Positions 47,329 through 53,687 of a DNA stretch of 53,687 nucleotides are shown piece by piece. The notes beneath the pieces were generated by a model. The model was not told the DNA's origin. It made no database searches and was given only the letters and a program-made list of their open reading frames with translations. Numbering within the stretch: position 1 is the first letter of the stretch; every line of letters begins with the position of its first letter. The position numbers and the translations under genes are program-made. The DNA is from Clostridia bacterium (GTDB taxonomy: Bacteria > Bacillota > Clostridia > Oscillospirales > CAG-272), in contig JAFVZV010000052.1 of NCBI GenBank assembly GCA_017507985.1, forward strand, positions 1-53,687, written 5' to 3'.

Positions 47329-47885
47329 ATCAATATTCCCCTTTCTGTCAAATACTTGGCAAGCTTTTTTTTCATGCGGTCAAGGCGCAGATAGACGGCC
47401 GCCTCGGACAGCCTGGTTGCGCGAGCGATGTCAGCTACTGCTTCGCAGAACCAATATCGGCGCATGAAAATGTAAAGGTTTACCTTATTCAACTCGCTCA
47501 GCCAGTCGTTCAGCATCTGCGTCAGGATAGCATCCTCCATCTCACGCTCGACCGTCTGATCGCTCGGTATGATCTCAGCGATCTCCTCTAAGCTGACGTT
47601 GTAACGGCCATCCCGCTTTTCGGCCTTGTTGTAGTGATAGCGCGTCAGCGACACGTTGCGGCAGACGCGGCATACAAAGGCGCACAGCGGGTCGGGGTGG
47701 GTGGGCGGAATAACATTCCAAACGCTCAAATATGCGTCGTTGACACATTCCTGGGTGTCCTGCTCATTATGCAAAATATTGAAACTGACCGCGTGCATGG
47801 CGTTGCCGTATTTGTCGGCCAGCGCCGCAATCGCCTTTTCCGATCGCGCGAAAAACAGCTCGATAATACCTTCATCTGTCATCAT
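47325..47885 (-). CDS. ECF-type sigma-70 family RNA polymerase sigma factor
   Basis: ATG at 47885 lies 6 nt after GAGGAGG. Region 2 (QECVNDAYLSVW...) and a region 4 helix-turn-helix (VADIARATRLSEAAVYLRLDRMKKKL) are recognisable. Confidence 0.85.
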   Translation of the reverse strand: MMTDEGIIELFFARSEKAIAALADKYGNAMHAVSFNILHNEQDTQECVNDAYLSVWNVIPPTHPDPLCAFVCRVCRNVSLTRYHYNKAEKRDGRYNVSLEEIAEIIPSDQTVEREMEDAILTQMLNDWLSELNKVNLYIFMRRYWFCEAVADIARATRLSEAAVYLRLDRMKKKLAKYLTERGILI

Positions 47886-48055
47886 GCAGATCACCTCCTC
47901 ACCCATATACTAAGCATTCGACACGTTTTTTTATCGGGAAAACAAAAAATTTCACTTTGATTATAGCATAAAACTGCCTTTTGCGCAATTACGTCTTGCG
48001 AAATCAGCATAAATATGCTACAATAAAAACAATCAACCATGCGGAGGTACTGCAC

Positions 48056-48661
48056 ATGAAGTTCGATACAATCAAGACAATCCTGCTCGCACACGGCTAT
48101 TCCGTCAGTTGCTTTGATACGGCACGTGAAGCCGCCGATTATCTCGATCGCGTCATTGACGGCAAGAGCGTCGGTATGGGCGGCTCGGTCACGCTTGGAC
48201 AGCTTGGCATTTGCGATCGTCTGGCGACTCACAACCAAGTATATTCTCATGCAAGACTTGCCGCGGGACAGACCGCCGCGGACATTTTCCCTCTCGCCGC
48301 CCGCGCACAGATATATCTGTCGTCCGTCAATGGCATTGCCGAAACGGGGGAGATCGTCAACATCGACGGCAACTGCAACCGCATCAGTGCCATGTGCTTC
48401 GGGCATGAGAAGGTGTATCTGATCGTCGGCAAAAACAAGATTGCCCCCGACTATGATGCCGCTCTTTGGCGCGCTCGCAATATTGCTGCCCCTCGCAACG
48501 CGCAGCGCCTGCGCCGCAACACTCCTTGCGCCAAGTCGGCAGACTGTTGCTATAATTGCAACAGCCCCGAGCGCATCTGCCGTGCGCTGTCGGTCTTTTG
48601 GGAAAAGCCCCGTTCGGGAGAGTTTGAGGTCGTCCTCATTGACGAGGAGCTGGGTTATTAA
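48056..48661 (+). CDS. LUD-domain (LutC/YkgG-like, DUF162) protein with a C-terminal Cys cluster
   Basis: ATG at 48056 behind GGAGG. The GMGGSVTL...SSVNGIAETGEIVNIDGNCNR pattern is typical of LUD domains, and the tail is CAKSADCCYNCNSPERIC. Confidence 0.7.
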   Translation: MKFDTIKTILLAHGYSVSCFDTAREAADYLDRVIDGKSVGMGGSVTLGQLGICDRLATHNQVYSHARLAAGQTAADIFPLAARAQIYLSSVNGIAETGEIVNIDGNCNRISAMCFGHEKVYLIVGKNKIAPDYDAALWRARNIAAPRNAQRLRRNTPCAKSADCCYNCNSPERICRALSVFWEKPRSGEFEVVLIDEELGY

Positions 48662-48787
48662 GCGCCTCCTTCGTGTGAGAAAAAGAAGTTGACGAAAATT
48701 AAGCAAAACTATCATCTCCCCCTTGTAAATCCCATCAAATTATGTTATACTTTAATTGTAGACTCCAAACGAAAGGATGGTATATCC

Positions 48788-49216
48788 ATGGCAAAATACA
48801 GACGCGGCAGAATCAACGACGAAATGCGAAACGAGGTCGCTTCCATTCTGCGCGAGGTCAAGGACCCTCGCGTTAAGGATGCCTTCGTCAGCGTAACAGG
48901 CGCTGAAGTCACCGCTGACCTTAAATATGCAAAAATTTACTATTCCGCTTTGCGCGGCGACGAAAAGGAACTCTCTCGCGGACTTCACTCCTCGGCTTCC
49001 TTTATTCGCTCCGAGTTGGCTCGCAGACTCAATCTGCGCATGACGCCCGAGCTGACCTTTATTCGCGATACCTCACTTGCTCACGGCGCGCATATCGCTT
49101 CTCTGCTCCATAAAATTGAGCAAGAATCCCCGCGCAATGAGGATGAGGAGTTGGGATCAGACGAGTCGGACGATCGCAATGTCTATGCTGACACCGCCCC
49201 TGAAGCAGGAGATTGA
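48788..49216 (+). CDS. rbfA: Ribosome-binding factor A with an acidic C-terminal tail
   Basis: MAKYRRGRINDEMRNEVASILREVKDPRV is typical RbfA. ATG at 48788. The last roughly 30 aa are D/E-rich. Confidence 0.88.
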   Translation: MAKYRRGRINDEMRNEVASILREVKDPRVKDAFVSVTGAEVTADLKYAKIYYSALRGDEKELSRGLHSSASFIRSELARRLNLRMTPELTFIRDTSLAHGAHIASLLHKIEQESPRNEDEELGSDESDDRNVYADTAPEAGD

Positions 49217-49235
49217 TCCAATTCTTACCAAAATC

Positions 49236-49265
49236 GAATAAAACCTCCCAAATAAGGCAATATTG
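49236..49265 (+). promoter_or_regulatory. Possible forespore (SigF/SigG-type) promoter for spoIIR
   Basis: GAATA at 49236-49240, a 15-nt spacer, then GGCAATATTG at 49256-49265. The latter fits the SigF -10 pattern GGNRANAHTR as I recall it; the -35 is imperfect. Confidence 0.35.
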
Positions 49266-49288
49266 TTGCCGAAAGGGAGGTTTTTTAT

Positions 49289-49927
49289 ATGCATACCAAA
49301 GCAAACAAGCGCCGCGGCGCACTCATTCTTACGTCCATTCTATTACTCGGCATCCTAACTGTCCTCGGGGCGATATATCTGCCTGTCCATGGAGAGGCGC
49401 AAATTTACGATGCCGTCATTCGCCTGCACGTACTGGCCAATTCGGACAGCGAGCAAGATCAGGCTCTAAAAATGCAGGTCCGCGATGCCGTGTTGGCCGT
49501 GACCGCTCCTGCCTTGGAGGAATGCGCGGATCGTGCCCAGGCAAAAGAGCGGCTGACCGCGCTCATCCCCGTCTTGACCGAGGTGGCAGAGCAGACCTTG
49601 CGTCATGAGGGCTGTGACGACAGTGTATCCATTCTTCTCGGTGAAGAGGAATACCCCACAAGAAATTACGAATCCTTTTGTTTCCCATCGGGCGAATATC
49701 TGTCCTTGCGTGTCATGATTGGACAAGCCGAGGGGCAAAACTTCTGGTGCGTGCTGTTTCCTCCCCTTTGTATGTCAGCCGCCACGGTCGATCGTGAGCA
49801 GGCAGAGGATGAATTCATCGCCGTAGGATTATCCAAGAATCAGTACGCTATCATCACCGAAACCGAGAACACCAAATACAAGCTCCGATTTAAATTTCTC
49901 GAAACGCTACAGGGCTGGCTGCGTTGA
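49289..49927 (+). CDS. spoIIR: Stage II sporulation protein R
   Basis: 212 aa with a signal-anchor. IRLHVLANSDSEQDQALKMQVRDAVL and NFWCVLFPPLC are hallmark SpoIIR blocks. Confidence 0.9.
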   Translation: MHTKANKRRGALILTSILLLGILTVLGAIYLPVHGEAQIYDAVIRLHVLANSDSEQDQALKMQVRDAVLAVTAPALEECADRAQAKERLTALIPVLTEVAEQTLRHEGCDDSVSILLGEEEYPTRNYESFCFPSGEYLSLRVMIGQAEGQNFWCVLFPPLCMSAATVDREQAEDEFIAVGLSKNQYAIITETENTKYKLRFKFLETLQGWLR

Positions 49928-49974
49928 CTTGACTCAACCGCTGACCTATCGCTTGCTTTTCTCCGTTCAGCTAC

Positions 49975-50003
49975 TTGACAATTCAGGCAAAATGTCTTAT
50001 AAT
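49975..50003 (+). promoter_or_regulatory. Perfect consensus SigA promoter (TTGACA-17-TATAAT)
   Basis: TTGACA at 49975-49980 and TATAAT at 49998-50003, about 30 nt upstream of the transketolase-C ATG. Confidence 0.65.
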
Positions 50004-50032
50004 GTTATGTAATGAAAAACGGAGGATGCACC

Positions 50033-50980
50033 ATGAGCAATCTGAATGTACCTAAGAAAAAAATGGCCCCCCGCGATGCCTTTGGCCGTGCGCTGGAGGA
50101 ATTGGGCGGCGAACGCGATTTTGTTGTCCTTTGCGCAGACCTGGCAGACGCAACGCGCGCCGGCTTCTTCGCAGAAAAATATCCTGAAAGATTCATCGAA
50201 TGCGGCATTGCCGAGGCGAACATGATGTCCGTTGCAGCCGGTATCGCTACCACGGGTACCCCTGCTGTCGCTACGACCTTTGCTATGTTTGCTGCCGGCC
50301 GTGCATATGAGCAGGTACGCAATTCCATTGCTTACCCCCACCTTAACGTTAAGATCGGCGCAACGCACGCAGGTCTTTCTGTTGGTGAAGACGGTGCAAC
50401 CCACCAGTGCCTGGAGGATCTCGCCCTCATGCGCGAGCTGCCCGGCATGACGGTGCTCTCACCTTGTGACGGTCCCGAGTCGGGACGCGCCATCAAGGCC
50501 GCGTTGGAAATGGACGGCCCCGTGTACGTCCGCATGGGACGCTCTGCTTTGGATGTGATTACCGAGGACAATGCCGAATTCACCATCGGCAAGGGTGTTG
50601 TCATGGCTGACGGTAAGGACGCCGTTATGTTCGCAACCGGTCTTATGGTCGGCGAGTCGCTCAAGGCTCGCGAGATCCTGGCCGAGCGCGGTATCGACCT
50701 AGCCGTTGTCAACATCCACACCATCAAGCCCATCGACGAGGAGCTCATTGTTTCCTACGCCAAGAAGACGGGCCGTGTATTCACCGCAGAGGACCATTTC
50801 ATCACGGGCGGTCTGGGCTCGGCCGTTGCCGAGGTGCTGTGCGAGCAGTGCCCCACGCCTCTGACCCGCATTGGCGTGAAAGACACCTTCGGTCGCAGCG
50901 GTACCTTTGACGATCTGATCAAGGCTTACGGCATGGATGCCGAGAGCGTTGCTGAAACAATCGAAAGTAATATTCGCTGA
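50033..50980 (+). CDS. Transketolase C-terminal subunit (pyrimidine-binding plus C-terminal domains only)
   Basis: ATG at 50033 lies 7 nt after GGAGG. Motifs RDAFGRALEELG, ECGIAEANMMSVAAG and THAGLSVGEDGATHQ. No gene for the N-terminal, TPP/PP-binding subunit is adjacent. Confidence 0.88.
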   Translation: MSNLNVPKKKMAPRDAFGRALEELGGERDFVVLCADLADATRAGFFAEKYPERFIECGIAEANMMSVAAGIATTGTPAVATTFAMFAAGRAYEQVRNSIAYPHLNVKIGATHAGLSVGEDGATHQCLEDLALMRELPGMTVLSPCDGPESGRAIKAALEMDGPVYVRMGRSALDVITEDNAEFTIGKGVVMADGKDAVMFATGLMVGESLKAREILAERGIDLAVVNIHTIKPIDEELIVSYAKKTGRVFTAEDHFITGGLGSAVAEVLCEQCPTPLTRIGVKDTFGRSGTFDDLIKAYGMDAESVAETIESNIR

Positions 50981-50990
50981 TTTTTCACAA

Positions 50991-51030
50991 AAAGGGCAAG
51001 GAAAAGCTGTTGCTTTTCCTTGCCCTTTTT
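50991..51030 (+). terminator. Intrinsic terminator
   Basis: 17-bp perfect hairpin AAAGGGCAAGGAAAAGC-TGTT-GCTTTTCCTTGCCCTTT followed by TT. Confidence 0.85.
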
Positions 51031-51133
51031 CGTATTCAGAGTAGCACTCAAAATAATCTCAACCATCGGTTTCTTGCTTTTTCTCTCATTCGGTGCTATA
51101 CTGAAATCAACAAAAATACAAGGAGCATTACTT

Positions 51134-53005
51134 ATGAAAAAAATCGTTTTCCTCATACTGACTTTCATCTTGCTTACATCGGTGATTTGCCTCATCTCCT
51201 GCCGCAAGCAGCCCGATACGACCAACACTGTGGCCTACTTTGAGCATGGATTTTCCATGGAGCAAAAAGCCATTTTACGATACGAGTACAACGCGCATGG
51301 CAATCTGCTCAACGTTCTCGTTTTAGACTGGAACACACTGTTCCCCGTCATGAAACCTCCCATACAGGATTATGATATTTCCTACCGCTACGACAGCACG
51401 GGCAAGATCATCTCCCACACGTTTCACGGAGCCAAGATAACACTGGAATACGACGAAAACGGGCACGTCAGCCACGGCAAGGGCTACCGCGCCGGAGCGA
51501 CTTATACCCTTGACTATACCTGCGACGAAAACGGCACCGTCCGCTCAATCGTATTGACCAAGGGCGAGCTCCCCTTCTCCACGCAAACGACGACATACGA
51601 ATACAACGCGAACGGTAAGCTGGTCAAGGAAGGAAACTATTTATATAGCTACGAGTACAATACGATAACCGTCAATAGAGACGGCAACTACAATCTCACA
51701 ACTTACATAGTTGAGCTGAATGAAAACAGGCAGATCAAGAAATTCTCTTCTTTAGAGAAAAAGCTGAAAACCTTGTACGAATGGAGCTACGACGACGAGG
51801 GAAAGTGCATCTCGTCCACGGGCTACAGCGCCTATCTCAACTGGGAATACGACATGACCTGTTCCCTGTCTTACGACGAACAAGGGCGTCTGATACAAGC
51901 GATCACGGACGTGGACGAGGCATGTCCCACTATGAAACGCTACGCTGTTTCGTATGAATACGGTGAGGACGGTTTGGTCACTCGCGTCATCAACCAAAAC
52001 GTCGGCGACACGGGCAGCACGAGTACGAGCACCGCTAACGTAGTAAAGGAATACACAGGCGGCATCCTCACCAAATATACCCTCGAATATCCTCCAAACG
52101 TAGACCGTGCGTATACGATCCGAAGCACTTCTATATATGACCCAACGACAGGATATCATTTAACAAGCAACCTCGAACTTTATGATATAGAGGGCAATCC
52201 CGTCAAGTCTGAATCCACCTATCAATACGACGAGCTTGGCCGTCGGATCTATTACAGAGAGACCGAATATAGGAGTGGTGAGATCTATGAGGATACCGAA
52301 CAATTCTACCATTACAACGAGCAAGGCCAGATCGATCAGATCATCAAAAAGGAACCGAAGGATATTTACCGGACCACCGTCACAACGACGACGGACTACG
52401 TAGACGGTCAGCGCGTCAAGGAAATGATCGAGCGTTTCTTTGACAAGAAAATTCACAAGCTTGACAAGGACAAAATCACCGTGGACGTGACGGAATATAC
52501 GAAATATATTGGACAGGACGTACCGACGCGTACACATTCCAAGACGTATGAGGCCGATGGTGAAGCAAAGATTTTGAGAAACGAGCGCACCGACGAGTAC
52601 GATTACGTCGACGGCAACAATATCAAACAGCGGAGAACTATTGTCTATTATAACGAAAGAGGAGAGTTGGAACGCACCGTTTTGATCATTGAAGATGAAT
52701 CGCTGAACTCATCGACCACGGATTGTTACTACGAAAACAGCGTAATGCGAAAGAAGATCGTAGAAAACAATGTTTTCAAGCGCTGGCACTATGATACGGT
52801 TACCGCTATACCCAGACCAACGAACGATACCGTCGAATACTTTGACGCTTCAGGTAAGCTGGAAAAGACCGAGGTCAACGAGTACGAATACCACGAAACG
52901 GACTACCGCGCAAAGCACACCCACCGCGTTTACGACGCGGACGGCACGCAGATCGAAACCGTCGTGTATGAATACGATGAAGCGGGAAAGCTGATTGAAA
53001 CGTAA
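51134..53005 (+). CDS. Lipoprotein composed almost entirely of YD (Rhs-type) repeats, with no recognisable Rhs core or toxin domain
   Basis: ATG at 51134 behind AGGAG. Signal peptide with lipobox LISC. More than 12 Y-x-Y-D/N-x-x-G-x-L repeats are visible (YEYNAHGNLL, YRYDSTGKII, LEYDENGHVS, YEYNANGKLV, YQYDELGRRI, YHYNEQGQID, YEYDEAGKLI and others). Confidence 0.8.
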   Translation: MKKIVFLILTFILLTSVICLISCRKQPDTTNTVAYFEHGFSMEQKAILRYEYNAHGNLLNVLVLDWNTLFPVMKPPIQDYDISYRYDSTGKIISHTFHGAKITLEYDENGHVSHGKGYRAGATYTLDYTCDENGTVRSIVLTKGELPFSTQTTTYEYNANGKLVKEGNYLYSYEYNTITVNRDGNYNLTTYIVELNENRQIKKFSSLEKKLKTLYEWSYDDEGKCISSTGYSAYLNWEYDMTCSLSYDEQGRLIQAITDVDEACPTMKRYAVSYEYGEDGLVTRVINQNVGDTGSTSTSTANVVKEYTGGILTKYTLEYPPNVDRAYTIRSTSIYDPTTGYHLTSNLELYDIEGNPVKSESTYQYDELGRRIYYRETEYRSGEIYEDTEQFYHYNEQGQIDQIIKKEPKDIYRTTVTTTTDYVDGQRVKEMIERFFDKKIHKLDKDKITVDVTEYTKYIGQDVPTRTHSKTYEADGEAKILRNERTDEYDYVDGNNIKQRRTIVYYNERGELERTVLIIEDESLNSSTTDCYYENSVMRKKIVENNVFKRWHYDTVTAIPRPTNDTVEYFDASGKLEKTEVNEYEYHETDYRAKHTHRVYDADGTQIETVVYEYDEAGKLIET

Positions 53006-53034
53006 CCACACAAACCGCCCTCGAACAACAAGTA

Positions 53035-53063
53035 TTGACAACTGTTGATATATAGCGTATAAT
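53035..53063 (+). promoter_or_regulatory. Perfect consensus SigA promoter (TTGACA-17-TATAAT)
   Basis: TTGACA at 53035-53040 and TATAAT at 53058-53063. Confidence 0.65.
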
Positions 53064-53112
53064 ATCCCCATCTAATCTTGATATTCGCTTCATTACAGAC
53101 GGGAGGACCAAA

Positions 53113-53550
53113 ATGAAAACCAATTTCACCCAAGACGCACACGTGCAGGAGCTGATGACCCGCCGCTTCGGGCATGACAACCTGATTGCCATGGCGACCG
53201 AGCAGGATCACACGCCCTTCGTCCGAGCAGTCAATACATACTACGAGGACGGCTCGTTTTATGTCATCACCTACGCGCTGTCAAATAAAATGCTGCAGCT
53301 GCAGAACAACCCCAAGATCGCCATCTGCGGCGACTGGTTTACGGCGCAGGGGCTTGGCGAAAATATGGGGAATATTCTTGCCCCCGAAAACGCAGATTTG
53401 GCCGATAAGCTTCGCACCGCCTTTGCCGAATGGTACGACAACGGACACACCAACGACGCCGATCCCAACACCATTATTTTGCGCATCCGCCTGACAAGCG
53501 GCGTGCTGTTCTCCCACGGCGAACGGTACGATATTGATTTTACGAAATAA
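53113..53550 (+). CDS. Pyridoxamine 5'-phosphate oxidase-like FMN-binding split-barrel protein
   Basis: 145 aa with RBS GGGAGG. The LIAMATEQDHTPFVRAVNTYYEDGSFYVIT...NPKIAICG pattern is typical of PNPOx-like / general stress protein 26-type proteins. Confidence 0.65.
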   Translation: MKTNFTQDAHVQELMTRRFGHDNLIAMATEQDHTPFVRAVNTYYEDGSFYVITYALSNKMLQLQNNPKIAICGDWFTAQGLGENMGNILAPENADLADKLRTAFAEWYDNGHTNDADPNTIILRIRLTSGVLFSHGERYDIDFTK

Positions 53551-53558
53551 AAGGCAAA

Positions 53559-53596
53559 CCGCCCTCGGCCAATCGGCCGAGGGCGGTCTTTTTCTC
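53559..53596 (+). terminator. Intrinsic terminator
   Basis: CCGCCCTCGGCC-AATC-GGCCGAGGGCGG hairpin followed by TCTTTTTCTC. Confidence 0.85.
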
Positions 53597-53687
53597 TGTC
53601 GGGGGAATTTTTTTATCTTTTATGCCGAGAGGGAACCTTCTTCAAAAGAAGGTTCCCTCCTCGCCTCCTCCCTCCAAGAACTTTAAG

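Noticed and set aside
47891-48715. 274-aa minus-strand ORF covering the LUD-domain gene
   Set aside because: It is antisense to a gene with a good RBS and family-typical motifs. It would also run through the sigma-gene promoter region.
53631-53657. 12-bp hairpin GGGAACCTTCTT/AAGAAGGTTCCC followed by a polypyrimidine tract at the right edge
   Set aside because: No T-run follows on either strand, and the context beyond the window is unknown. It cannot be classified.
1-53687. Search for CRISPR arrays, transposases, integrases, prophage modules, toxin-antitoxin pairs or known defence genes
   Set aside because: I could see no direct-repeat/spacer arrays, no recombinase-like ORFs and no nuclease/ATPase/reverse-transcriptase defence-type domain combinations. 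Intergenic gaps are short and are explained by promoters, leaders and terminators.

Overview
The window reads as chromosomal sequence from a spore-forming Clostridia-type Firmicute. That assignment is an inference from gene content: spoIIR, yqfC/yqfD, ylbJ, a T-box on thrS and a SAM-I riboswitch on metK. Most of it is densely packed housekeeping genes. These are thrS, mutS2, recO, era, ybeY, phoH, rluD-like, rlmB-like, pepD, mreB, comF, recD2, metK, rbfA and spoIIR, many with near-consensus SigA promoters and clear hairpin terminators. I found no CRISPR array, transposase, integrase, phage module or recognisable defence system. The accessory or unusual content is as follows. (1) At the left edge, a perfect consensus promoter drives an ORF-free RNA that starts with only the 5' half of tRNA-Leu(UAA). 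(2) A ThuA-like gene sits in an apparent operon with a duplicated-DUF1538 membrane protein and two PII-like proteins. (3) A uxuA / SDR / two TIM-barrel / Gfo-Idh-MocA / beta-helix protein operon has no regulator or transporter. (4) A 1002-aa P1B-type ATPase homologue has all catalytic motifs degenerated and a roughly 470-aa acidic N-terminal tail. Its 3' end overlaps the start of the TIGR03960/TIGR03936 radical-SAM pair. (5) An ECF sigma/anti-sigma pair lies next to a double beta-helix secreted protein. (6) An orphan transketolase C-terminal subunit, a YD-repeat lipoprotein without a toxin domain, and an MGS-like protein with substituted catalytic residues are also present. All family assignments come from motif recognition by eye, not from database searches.
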